Source: Dendrobates tinctorius | Lineage: Eukaryota | Reading direction: 5' to 3' | DNA: 64,000 nucleotides | Assembly: GCF_039654945.1 (NCBI RefSeq) | Contig: NW_027361738.1 | Coordinates: forward strand, 65,100,001 to 65,164,000 | Part shown: positions 24,351 through 37,066 of the stretch, piece after piece | Position numbering within the stretch: position 1 is the first letter of the stretch | Layout of the letters: each line of letters begins with the position of its first letter | Notes under the pieces: model-generated | The model's input: the letters and a program-made list of their open reading frames with translations, nothing else | Databases searched by the model: none | What the model was told of the DNA's origin: nothing | Position numbers and translations under genes: made by a program

Positions 24351-26199
24351 CGCCAGTCACAGTCACAACTGCATGGTCACACTGACATCTGACAGCATTT
24401 TCCCGCAGTGCTCTGACCGGCGGTAACCTTTCTGACCTTGATAGCCACATTCAGCTCTAAAAGATGGTCGCAAGCCACAATAAGATCCTGTTCCCCTCAC
24501 AGTGGTGACACTCGGAGCCCCCATTACTGGTATAATAACAGTCACTGCTTTTCCACAGAAATCACAACGAGGCAGTATACCAACATCCAGGGGTTCCCAC
24601 CTTACTCATCTTCAACAAGCACTCCCACCACACTGTCCCATCCAGCTTCAAGAACTTCCTCTGACTGGCAATATCATCCTATCTCCAGCTTACCAGACTT
24701 AAATGACCTCTGAACTCCTAAACCAGTATACGCGCTTCCAGATCTGCTCTTCCGTGCTGGGCTACTCCTAAAAGTCACCATCTGGAGACTTACTCTTCAT
24801 AGCTGTTTGCTGACCTGGTGGTAGTGCACCAAGCTGGCAGACAGCCACAATCTACACATCATGGGCCTGCGACCCACATGTGGCTCTCGAGCCACAGGTT
24901 GGGGACCCCTGCTCTAGTTCATAGATTATCTACAGGTCACCTGTCCAGACTTAGGACTCATGCATGGGGTAACACCAAAAGGGTATGATTAGGGCCATAA
25001 TAAGAAGAGAATGCACACCATAGAAACTTTTGAATAGGAATTCCTCCCATTCACTGCCAAGTCCTCTCTTATGGCCGCTCTCTGTTATTAATTGCACATG
25101 CAGAGCTGATGACACCACAAGAGGAAAGCCCAGAAGTGACGGATGCACATATTTTTTTCTTGCCAATCTGGAGTCCAGGGCCCCACTGTGATCAGGGGCC
25201 CACAGAAGTCGCTTCAGCTGCTACAGCTATAGCTCCATAAAACCTACAAGTGTGACCACGCATGTATAAAAGTAACCAGGCTTGGACTGGCCCATAGGGG
25301 AATAGGGGAATACCCCGGTGGGCCCCTATGCAAATCTGGACCCCCAACCTTACTGTATGGGCAGTATTTGTGTCATAATTCACTTAATTCACTTTGTACA
25401 GAAAAAAGCAGCATCTCATTCATTAGCTAAACTACCCAGTTTACTATTATATGGCGATATTGGTAAATTTATGAACAAAGGTCATGTAATATTTGTATGC
25501 AGGTGAAAAGTGGGCCCCCAAAGTCAATGTTAATGGTGGGCCCTTGGCATCCCAGTCCAACACTGAAAATAACTATTTTATTGGCTAAAGACATAAAGTA
25601 TACATACCTGATAAAAAGTGGGTGATAACATTACAAATAAAAAGGAAGTATAGCGAAGCACCTTACATCCAGAAACAATAGGAAAGCGGTACAGTCATTA
25701 GATTTTCACTATCATTTTATAATGATTAAGGAAATGAATTGGAGTACCATTACAAAATGCATAGTGGATATAATTCAAGCAAAATAGAGCTAGAGGCAGA
25801 GAAAGATGGCCGTCCCAAATATTGAAGCTGTGCAAGGTGCGAGTTATTAGGGATCAGTATTGGAAAACCTTTGAGATGTGATAATTATGGGTTCTGAGTG
25901 ATACAGGCTCTAGTTACAACCATATATATTTATAAAAAATCAATTATGTGGTGCAAGTATTTATTACCTTGTAGTTGGTGTGAATCGATTTGCAGGAGGA
26001 TCGGCTGCGTCAGTAATCTGTGACCTCTTGATGGAGACCCTGAGACCTGCCTCTTATCTGACAGCACCCAAGCCTCCTCTTTTGATTAGCCGGCCTGGCT
26101 CAACAGCACATGTTATTGACATCACAATGATGATGTCACACCAGGCTGGCTAATCAAAAGGATAAGCTCGGATGCTGTCAGGGAGGAGGCAGTACTTAG

Positions 26200-27380
26200 G
26201 GCTCCTGTCCAACGGGCATAGATTACTGACGTCACCGCTCATCACAGTCGCCGGGTGTCGAGGAGCTCAGCGGGAGCCAGTGGTGGCAGTTGCTAAAAGC
26301 CTATGGAACCTCAAAGCAAAGCGAGTCTCCATAGCCTATGATCGTCGGAATCGAAGAACGTCGTGGGAAGCGCTGGACTATGTCATGATCTGCGTGGGAA
26401 CTTTTCTTTCTAATAAATTTGTGAACGAGGGACAGTCTCTTGTTTTTCATTCCTTTTTTTATGTCTTTCAGGTTTCCATTTCTGGACTACGTCAGACAGG
26501 CATGGGCTATTAATTCTTTTAAGTAAATTGGTGAACCAGGGAAAAAGTCAGGGAGTGTTTTTTTTTTAAATAAAAGTTTTGTGTGTTTTTCTTTTTACTT
26601 ACTGAGTTAGTAATGGGGTTGTCTGATAGACGCCTCGTCACTACTAACACCAGGGCTTGATGTCAGCTGTGTTTTGGGACAATTCACAGCTGACATTAAC
26701 CCCAACTAGAATTACCCAGATTGCCAATACCCCAGGGCTATCGGGAAGAGCAAAAGCAAAGCGCAAGAACTGGCACATCCAATGTGATGCTCCACTTCTG
26801 GGGCGGCTGCAGGTTTGTATTTTTAGGCTAGGAAAGGCCCAATAACCAGGGACCTTCCCAGCTTGATAATATCAGTTCACAGCTGTCTGCTTTACCTTTG
26901 CTGGTTATCAAAAATAGGGGGACCTCACATTGCTTTTTTAAATTATTTATTAGATTAAAAACATTTTAGTGCCACATAAAAGCCACTAAGGGACCAAAGT
27001 TTATTATATGTAGGGCTCTTGTGACATTATATATTTACTGTACATCCATCTATTCTAATATCTTTCTGTCATTTATCTATCCATCTATAGCCTTATATAT
27101 ATTTTTTTTCTTTGAGATTTGTGGATAATAATCGGATGGTCTGAGTGCCGTCTTATTTATTTCTCATACCCATTGACTTGCATTGGTGAGTCTCAGCCGT
27201 TTTACGCCACCGTACGCAGCATGTTACAATTTCTTTGTTCCCCAGCCCGATACCAGCTGAGGTAAATCTCGCAGATGTACACTGCCTCGTTGAATAACAT
27301 TGGAGCATGTACAATACGATTTTTATTTTTTTTAAACACATTGCACTCGAACGTATTTATACACAGATGTGAATGAACCC
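26200..27380. mobile_element. Composite non-autonomous element ending in a Harbinger-type TIR
   Basis: Contains the shared internal module (about 26600-26950) and ends ...GATGTGAATGAACCC|TTA. The left end is not resolved. Confidence 0.45.
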
Positions 27381-28958
27381 TTAAAGACTTGCAGTAATCG
27401 GAGGCCCCCGTTGCAGCTTTTACATTTGGGCCCATGAGATACAATTTACAACAACTGATTGCTGATCGGCTATAGTAACGTTATCCTAATAGTCGCAATC
27501 TTACGTTTTTTACCCTTTTCCAGTTTTCCTAAACTTCTTGACCAAATAGGATTCACGCCTTGTAGTCTCTTCCTCCCCAAATCTCACATGCCTCATGTTA
27601 CGTAAGCCATGTGCACTGCATGCCTCTCTGGGAAGGAAAGGGTTATCACTTGAGTCTCAGATTGCCAGCAAATTGTAGGGAAACAAGCAGTGTCTTTGAG
27701 CTGAGCCCTCCTTCCCCAGCTCAGATCCTAACCTCCCCCATGTCCCCTTCTTCCTTTTTTCCTTCCACAGACAGGAAGGGGAGTTGAGGTGAGCTGGGCT
27801 GGGGTTTTGGGGTCTGCACATGGTTGGAGGGGGGTCTTTAAGTGATGCAGTTAGATGGGGGCTTCTACAGATAGAAGGGTGAAGTTTCCTGGATTTTTGG
27901 AGTTGTGAGCAGTTGTGTTACTATCAGCCAGCGCACATGGGTCTGTATGGCTGGGATTAGTGAGTGGGATCTCTGTAGGATTACTGAGAGCCATAGGAAG
28001 TAAAGGGAAGCGAGTAATGATAGATTAGGATGTGAGCTGGGAAGATGGTGCGGCGGACATGCAAAATACTGCTGCATTATTAATGCAATTTATTAGCGTT
28101 ATTAGTACAGGTTAAACATTCCTAAAAGGAGATGTGAGTTCTAGAAATCGCTTATTGATTCCGTATCTTTCTGCATCGGGGCCCATTCACACTTGTATTC
28201 TGGGGGCACAGAACTGTAGCATATTCTCATGGATCTAGTTTTAGCCCATAGAAGTCAATGGGGTTAACTGAAAAATGCATTCTTTTTCATGTGCGTAGTT
28301 ATGGCTTCTATGTTTGCCGCATTTCTGCAGCTTTTCGTAAACCACAATAACAAAAGGGAATTTGTAAAAAAATAAAAAATGCAACAGTGAAAAAAAAAAA
28401 GTGGAACAAATTGTAGAAAATATACATGATATGTAAAAGTACAGATGAAATGAGGATGCACAGACTGCTGCTTTATAGCAATTCTGTGTTGCTCGATTAT
28501 TGCACATATATAAGGCCGGGTTCAGACGAGCGTATGCAGAAAAAATGCCCTTTTTTTTTTGTCCGGAAAAAATAAGATTTTTCATCCATATTGTTATTCG
28601 TGTGTCCTGTTTTGCTTTTTTTTTTGTTTTGTTTTTTTACATCTGTCAAAATAATAAAAGATTCAATACAGTTTGCTATGATAAAAATTGGAATGGATCT
28701 TTAAAAAATGGATGCTTTATGTATGGTCACCGGGATGAGATCCATTATTTTGTACACCGTGATATACAATAGGCAAATCTGATCCAAAATATGGCTCGAA
28801 GTAGAGCATGCTGTGATTTATTTTTTTATATATACATGTAGAAGATTGATTGTTTGTTTGTTTTAACACACGAACCAAACAAACAAAAAAGAAAAGACTG
28901 ACTATATACACTGGACTGCATGCGCCCCAAAAGTGAAATGATGGCATTCTATCCCTTA

Positions 28959-29282
28959 GGGTGTGTGTACACGCTGCGGACCCGCAGCAGTTTTAGCTGC
29001 GGTGTACAGTACCATTCAAATGAATGAATAAAAAAAAAAAACGCTGTGTAGACGGTGCGGATTTTTCTGCCCGGTTTTCCTTCGGTTTTGAAACCGCAGA
29101 AAGAATTGACATGTCAATTCTTTCTGCGGAATCCGCAGCGGTTTCCCATCTCCACCATCGTGGAGATGGCAAAACCGCAGAGCAATCCGCAGATAAACCG
29201 CAGGTCAAAAGATTTATCTGCGGATTTTGCAAAATCCGCCCAGATGAATCCGCAGCGGATTCCGCAGCGTGTGCACATACCC
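28959..29282. mobile_element. PIF/Harbinger-type MITE
   Basis: TTA|GGGTGTGTGTACACGCTGCGG...CCGCAGCGTGTGCACATACCC|TTA. Confidence 0.8.
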
Positions 29283-29723
29283 TTAGGCTCTGTTCACACT
29301 TTTCAAGTGGAAAATGCTTCTGGAAATCCTCCTGTTTTGGAGAGGGTTTTTTTTTACTAGTTTTTCTTGTCCAGAAAGTTTTATTTCTAGAAGCGTTCTT
29401 TGCAGCCTTTTCACTGCCAATGAAGTGACATGCACATTTTTTTTTTCAACTGAGTGGGTGTTTTTTGTAAAAAAAAACAAAAAATATGTTCAGGAAAAAA
29501 AATCCTGATACAAACAGCAAAGTGGATTTTCCATAGAAATTAATTGGAAGAGTTTTCAGAAGTGTATGAAGGATCTCACAGGGGAAGGGGGCGTCGACTT
29601 CGCTCACCTCGGGGGAGGGGAGAGAAGGACCCAGCAGGGATCGGCTCTCTGGCGCCACCACTTGCTCCATGTCAGACAGGGAACTGCACCAAGGGCAACT
29701 AGTCACCGGAAAGGCTTCCCTTA

Positions 29724-31900
29724 GGCCGGCGTCACACTAGAGAGAAATACGGGTGAGTGAGAGGTGTAAAAAACGCGCATTGCACACGGACCAATGATTC
29801 TGTATGGGGTTGCTCCCATCAGCCGCATATTTCTCGCACATATTTTACGCTCCATGCCAGTCGTCAGCGTACTACGTCCGAAATACGCCAATGCAAGTCT
29901 ATGGGTGCGCAAAAAAACGGCTTACACATGGACCAGATGTGTGACTCGCGAGAAATACGCACCCGGTGTCCTTTAGAAAAGCCGGCAATTCAGTGCGCAA
30001 TAGAGTAAAATCACACTGACAGGTTTAATAAAGAAACGAAAGAATAGCTATATACACATAGAATATATATATATATATACATACATGTCATTGAGTTATA
30101 TATATTTATATTTCATAGAGTTCTACATAGTAGAATAGCTGCAAAATCAATTGTCGGCTTCTGTACAATCATTCCCAAACCCGACATGAAATGACACATG
30201 GTTTACATACAGTAATCCATTTCATTTCATGTATTTTTTTATATGTCCCTGACTAATAATTAAATTAGGGTTTGTGTGTCAAATTTGGGACGTCTAGGTG
30301 ATAAATTAAGGGGTTAATTTGTTGGAAAAAAAAATGCGTGGGCTCCCGCAGCAAAATCGCAACCAGAGAGGTAAAGCGGGTGAGTGAGGGCAGATTTTAA
30401 TAGCCTTGAGAGATGCGCCTTTTCTGGCACTTATCCTCTCTTTTCCCATTGCCCTGTAGCGGTGGCTAATAGGTTAATGCCATCACGCAATTGGAGGGTG
30501 ACATTAAGCCGATTAATAATGGAGAGGTGTCAATTAGACACTTATCCATTATTAACCCTAGACTATTAATCGGTTAAAAAACACACACAGACATTAAAAA
30601 TTATTTTAATGAAATAATGACAGCTAGTTTTTGACAAGATTTATTGCTCTAGTAATTCAAAAATAAACCATCGATCTGTAACAAAAATAAAACAAAAAAG
30701 CAACCATATCTTTACCTCTCCGCTGCTCAGTCAGGTCCCCCGCAGCAATCCATCCGAAAGGGTTAAGTGGTTTACACAGGGACCGGTGCTAATGCGACCA
30801 GCCGCATGTAAACCACTGCCAGAATGAATTATTTCAACTCTGCGCAGCCTCCCTGGCTGCCCTGAGATGAACTAATTACTATGGGAAGGTTTCTGCATTT
30901 TTTCCCACGCTCATCAGTTCACCTCAGGTCAGCCAGGGGACTCCACGCAGCCTCACTGACGTCACACTGTGTGAGCTGCCAGCTGTGACCTGTGGTAATC
31001 TTAGTGATGTCACTGCAGCCAGGTTCTTATGCTACTCTCAGTTATTCCGGCGGCCGTGCCGAGCGGTCACGTTACTGATGTCACCGCTCATCACAGTCTC
31101 CGGATGTAGCACAGTTGGGAATTGTCATGGGACATCCATAATATTGATTTACGGCAGACAACGTGACTTTTTTTTTTGCCAATAAATGGGTAAAAGAAGG
31201 TAATCATCGGGAAGTGCTTTTTTATAGTTAAAGGACTTTTATGTGTGTTAATTTCTTTTGACTATGGGTTTAGTAATGGGGGTGTCAGATACCTCTCCAT
31301 TACTAACCCCTGGGCGTATGTCAGTGGACATTACACAGCTGTAATCAACTTTAAAACCATTACCCCGATTGCCACCGCACCAGCGCCATCAGGAAGAGCT
31401 GAGGCTAAGCACCAGAATTGGCACATGGACATTTCTGGGGCGGCTAAGGGCTTGAGTTATTAGTCTGGAAAGGAGCCAATATCCATGACCCCTTCACAGC
31501 CTATTAGTATCAGCCCACATATGTCTGCTTAGCTTTTACTGGTTATTTCAATATTTAAAATGTTACAATAATTTTTAAATTATTTTTTTTTCTTTTTTGA
31601 CCCTTTTTAATAACTAGTAAAAGCTATGCGGACAGATGTCAGCTGTTAATAGGTTGAGAAGCTCCATGGATATTAGGCCCCTTCCCGCAATAATGACACC
31701 AGCACACAGCTTTCTGCTTTCCCTTAACTGGTTATTAAAAAAAGGGGGCATCCCATGACATTTTTTTTAATTATTTATTTAATAGGTTAAATAAGGCTAA
31801 ACACCCTTTAGTGCCACATGGAAAGCACTAAAGGGTGCTAGTAGGAATCTTATGACATTAAATATCTACAGGACATCTATCCTATTTATTCTATATATCC
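29724..31900. mobile_element. Long non-autonomous Harbinger-type element carrying the shared internal module
   Basis: Starts TTA|GGCCGGCGTCACACT. Module copies at about 30300-30600 (inverted, partial) and 31260-31830. The right end is not resolved. Confidence 0.45.
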
Positions 31901-32865
31901 ATCTATCTAACGTATATCTTTACATAAGATTGCTTTATTAGTTTCTAAACTAGCTTTAAATGACAGTGAATTACTGTATGTAAAAGCTGATAATTACATA
32001 TGGATTGTATATGCATGTCATATGGATGCTAGGTGAGAAAAATCGCATTGTATTCTCATAACACTCGTCCTTCTTTTCTGGATCAACTTTGGACCGTTTT
32101 TTTTTTGTTTTGTTTTTTTCTTCATAAGGTAGTGTGACTCCAGCCAAAAGGGATGAGATTTTTATTAAATCTTGTCCAAACATTTCACCTTTTGCAATGT
32201 ATAGGTTCAAATTTGCAATAAATCAGCCGCAAAATTGGTGACAAATCCTCATGGAACACATGCTGATTTTGATGTGGATTGACATGGAAAATATGTTCTT
32301 GTGATCCCTCCTGGCAGTTTTATCTATAGAAGTGTACGAGCTGCAATGCAAAATTTGCTAAAGGGTCCCAAGCTTATTCTAGATCTTTAATATTTGTTTT
32401 CTCAATTGGGCCAAAGGGACCTTTTGAACCCCCTCGGTGAGCCTGGACCCTTTTTTTTGCCCCTGCATACATTGCTATGCCCCTTGGAGGCTCCAGTCAT
32501 ATCTAAATAAATCTTAACCATATACAGGGAAAATTCTTCAACTTTCTGAAGTTTCAATTTCATTCCAAAGACAATGAGAAGACCCTGAACCAAAGGCTGC
32601 AAACCCCTCCATCCCAATAGTATACGCCATAGCCTCTTCTGCATGGAGCAGGAGCGGAACAATAGATTTCTATGTAAAGCCAAAGTGTCGAGAATTTGCT
32701 TGTCCCAACAGTTATACAGGAAAGCAAACATGAGATCTTGGAATATACAGGTTATATTGTTTGCTCTTTGCACAAACCTGCCAAATATTACCTGTTACAA
32801 CTCGTATCATACACGTTGTGTTCCCTCCTCCTGCAGCGCTCGCAAGACATCTGGATCTGGCATAA

Positions 32866-32916
32866 ATGGATGACAACTTTTCCCAGCTTTCTCACACCTC
32901 AGGTTGTGGACTGGTG
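32866..32916 (+). CDS. PRTFDC1: PRTFDC1, first coding exon (MDDNFSQLSHTSGCGLV)
   Basis: ATG plus 17 codons ending G-L-V, like the GVV at the end of exon 1 in HPRT/PRTFDC1. Strong phase-0 donor GTG|GTAAGT, in frame with exon 2. Confidence 0.7.
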
Positions 32917-33259
32917 GTAAGTACGGTAATCCCACACGTCTTGTGTAGGATTGGTGTAAGGCTCCATTCACACCTGAATTTTCAGTTCCATTTTGAGAAC
33001 AGAGAAACATAATTCATATGAAAAACTGAAGGATGAGTAACTGATGCGACCAGATAAAGTCCCAATCACAACAATAACCCTCATATCTCCTGTCCTCTGC
33101 ACTTTTATTTTACTCAGCATAAACTGACCTATTTCACATCAGGAACATGATGCTTTCTCTTGCGGTTACGCTTGGTGTTATGTGCGGATTTTCCCCATAG
33201 ACTTGTATTAGATGCGGAAAATCTGGAAGTAAAAATATGCACATGTGCCTTTAGTGTGC

Positions 33260-33786
33260 AATATCCAAAGGCAGAAGAAAAGAGATGGCACTCACCGTCC
33301 GTAAAATCCAAACTTTATCGTAGCATAAAAATCTTCAGCAGGGGAGCAATGTGAACAAGGAACGGATGACGGCCGTTTCGCGCTGCCGCTCTTAGGACCC
33401 GTGGAAACGTCCATAGTCCGTTCCTTGTTGACATACAGTAGCTTAAAAATCATCAGCAGGGGAGCAATGTCAACAAGGAACGGACTATGGCCACTTCGCG
33501 CTGCCGCGCTTCCACGGGTCCTAAGAGCGGCAGCGCGGAACGGCCGTCATCCGTTCCTTGTTGACATTGCTCCCCTGCTGATGATTTTTATGCTACAATA
33601 AAGTTTGGATTTTAAGTACGGTGAGTGCCATCCCTTTTCTTCTGCCTTTGGATATTGCATGCTTTTTTCTGATTGAGCACCCATCCTTTCCCTGTTTGAG
33701 ACAAATAGCATCAATTTGTTCTTGGTCTGAACAGGTACCTGGTGATTGCAGTGGTGCGGATGCACTTTGCTCTTTTTGTTGTCTCT
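33260..33786. mobile_element. Second Penelope-like palindromic pLTR insertion with variant hammerhead motifs
   Basis: Inverted arms at about 33257-33405 and 33510-33659, with rearranged partial copies between them. 16-bp TSD TGTGCCTTTAGTGTGC (33244-33259, 33787-33802). GCGC-GAAAC-GGCC-GTC motifs present. Confidence 0.72.
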
Positions 33787-33930
33787 TGTGCCTTTAGTGT
33801 GCTTTCGCGGCGGAAACACATCAAAAACACATGGGATCCGCACATGACTGTATCCAAAAAGTTTTGTCACAGCCATATACCAGGAAGCATCAAAAGACAA
33901 GAGTCAAAAATGCAATAAAAATGCATGTAA

Positions 33931-35500
33931 AAAGAAAAGGTTAGAATTACATTAAGAAAACGTCACCTTGATGTGTCTGGTGGGCACACAGGAATTGACC
34001 AATTTGAGCAGCAAGAACCTCAATTTTACAAGTATTTTTTTATATATGGTGATAGATATTGATGCAAATATATATATATATACCGGGCCGGTATCAGCGG
34101 GATGTGTCACAGCAGCGGGGACCCGGTGCGTGGCCCTGGGCGCCCAAGTAATGGGGGAAATGTAATGGTTTGAATGAATAGTTTGTGACGCCACCTGTGG
34201 TGTTCGGCAAGTGAGATGTTAGGCCGACGCTGCATGCAGATGTTGCAGCCAAGATGGTGAAGCTCCCCACAGGTGGAGCTGTAGCCCCAGGGCAGTGTAG
34301 ATGTAGGGGAAGAGGAGAGGCACAAGCGGTGTAGAAGCTGGAACCCAGATGTAGCGGTGCTGGGTGTGTTGGCGCAAGAATGAATGGAAGACACCAGGGC
34401 TTGCAGTTCCAAAGCTTTACTCACAGTCTGTAGTACACACAGGTGCCTGCTTCCGTACTGTGTCCTCCGGGCCAGGGACTCAGTAAACCTCCAGGCAAGA
34501 TGGAATGCTCCCTTCCAACACTCCGCCAACATGTGCCTTTCTGAACGTCTCCTCTATAGCGCCTTTAAGTGTGAAGTACTCCCAGTACTGAGTTACACTG
34601 GAGTGCCTCCTGACAGATGTTCCCAAGAACTCTACTTGTACGGCAGACAGCTGTAGCCTGCTTCGGGGACTCCTTACTCCTGAATCCCGGCTCTCTATCC
34701 ATGTTGCTGTTGTGTCCCCAAGTCTTAGATGGGAGTAGTGCATTTACAGCCCACTACTCCACCGGTGTCTGCTGCAGAACCGTTAGTATCCATACAACCT
34801 CGGGGACCCGGCCTTGCGCTTAGAACTTCTAGGCAGGGTTCTTCCTCTAACCCACGTCCTCTGTTCCCTTTTACTCCTACGTTCCGTACTAGTCTCTCCT
34901 TCTTATGGAAGATCAGGTTTCGGTTCAATGTCTTTCTCCTTCTTTCCTTTCCCGTGCCAACAGACCCAGGTCACTGATATCTGCTGCAGCACCTCCTTCC
35001 TCCATCCCTCTTCCAGGGATCTCCTTTCCTCTCTCCGACTGACTGACCTCTAATCCTAAACCCTCCCGCTCTTTTATGTATTCTAACTCCACCCGCCTCC
35101 CAGCACGTTTCGTGTTCCAAGCAGGGAGACACCAAAGGTGCTCTGCTACACTCCAAGCAAGGAGCCGCAATGTGGCTTTGCTACACTACTATGTTGTGTG
35201 GGATGCAGGTGTTGGAGCGTGGTCAGGAGCCTCCAACTTACCTGGATGGTGGGGTACCACACCTCAGAAGCAGGTGCAGTACCTCTGTGGCGACCGAGCC
35301 TCAGGGGCGCCACTTATATATAGGAAAGAGTGGAGCAGCAATCTGCGTGAGCTGAGATATTTGCAAGCATTGACTATATAAATTTGAATCATTATCGCCA
35401 TGTAGAATATACTTGTAAAATTGAGGTTCTTACTATCCATTCCTGTGTGCCCACCAGCCATGAGACCAGGTGATTGATTGAATCCTAACCTTTTCTATCA
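33931..35500. mobile_element. Old palindromic MITE split by an LTR insertion
   Basis: 33931-34075 is the inverted counterpart of about 35360-35500 (CTGGTGGGCACACAGGAAT...AAGAACCTCAATTTTACAAGTAT). Confidence 0.6.
34081..35313 (-). mobile_element. Solo LTR, copy 3
   Basis: Colinear with 1-1250. Ends GCCTCAGGGGCGCCAC and is flanked by (TA)n. Confidence 0.72.
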
Positions 35501-36284
35501 CACATGCCGCTCCTGAGATTAAAAAAAACCTTCAAATTTAAAGGGCAGGTAGGATCCAGCACTAATTATAAATGACCTACAGCATCATTCACCCATCAGT
35601 GGACAGTCCATATCAATCCCTAGTCAGTCCATGGCACACGGATGTGTGAATCCAGCCTTAGGGCTCATTCAGACATCAGTTTTTATCACTCGATCACTAC
35701 CCATATTTTTCATGGGTAACATTCATACCTATGATATTCTATGGGGTAGTCCATTGTTTTCCTCGAACTGTGTGGTCCGTATTGGAGACTTGTCATATAT
35801 TGATCCGAGTGTTGCCAATGCAAGTCTATGGATCCGTGAAAATATGTGGATGCCATCCATGTGCTGCTTGTTTTTCACAGACTGTTTGATAGGAGAAGCT
35901 GGAGAAATGTTATTTTTTATCATCTGAGAAAAACTGGTAAAAGTTGGTCCAGACTCTGATGATAAGCTTGTACTGACATGCACAAGAAAAACTGACTGGG
36001 TTTCATAAGTGATTTTGCTCAGAGTTTTATCAAAGTTTTATCAGAATTTCATCACTTTTTCTTGAGAAAAAAAATCTTCAAATTCTCCCTTCTGACAGTC
36101 TGTGAATATGGGAACCTCCCAGATGACATTAAAGTTCTGTCTGATCTTTTACAAGGATCCATAGACTTGTACATTGTGATTTGACACTCAAATGAATATT
36201 GTCTGTGTAATTTGTGTATACTGATGGCACTCGTACAAGAAAAACTGACTGATGGTAGGAGCACTTGGCCAACTTAACCGAAAA

Positions 36285-36726
36285 ATAATGCATTTCTCCT
36301 AGTCCTCCATATAGTATAATGCACGCCCCATTGTCCTCTATATAGTATAATACACACTTGATAGTCATTCATACAGTATAATGCATTTCCCATAGTCCTC
36401 CATACAGCATAATGCATTTCACAGTCCTCAATATAGTATAATGCACAGCTCATAGTCCTCCATATAGTATAATGCAGTCCCCATAGTCCTCCATGTAGTA
36501 TAATGCAGTCCCCATAGTCCTCCATATAGTATAATGCACTCTCCATAGTCCTCCATCTAGTATAATGCACTCTGCATAGTCCTCCATATAGTATAATGCA
36601 CTCCCCATAGTTTTCCATATGGTATAATGCTCTCCCCATAGTCCTCCATATTGTACAATGCACAGCCCATAGTCAGTCCTCCATATAGTTTAATGCACCC
36701 CCCATTGTCCTCCATACAGTATAATG
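36285..36726. repeat. ~31-bp minisatellite
   Basis: About 14 copies of CATAGTCCTCCATATAGTATAATGCAnTCCC. Confidence 0.9.
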
Positions 36727-36959
36727 AGACTGCTTGGCTCGTGGGTCCCATAGCAGCCGTGTGAATTGCCGCCATTGGCTGTACGCCACTGAGTATCCTC
36801 TATAGTTAGTGACTTATAAATATTTTTTTAATCAGTGAATATTCATTAATTTTACAGCTAAACATAGACTTGTTATAAGACAGTCCTGAAATGTGTAGCT
36901 CTCGTGTCATTGTCCCATTACAAAATGTACTAAGAATGACTAATATTTTGACTTTGTAG

Positions 36960-37066
36960 ATTTCTGACAAGTGGACGGGATATAACTTAGATGTATTCAC
37001 CCTCCCCAACCATTACCTCGAGGATCTGGAATGTGTCTTCATACCACACGGAGTCATAGTTGACAG
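36960..37066 (+). CDS. PRTFDC1: PRTFDC1 exon 2
   Basis: [36 protein letters not shown]; 107 nt with AG/GT boundaries. Confidence 0.92.

Noticed and set aside
36274-36775. Tyr/Gly-rich ORFs
   Set aside because: Derived from the 31-bp minisatellite.
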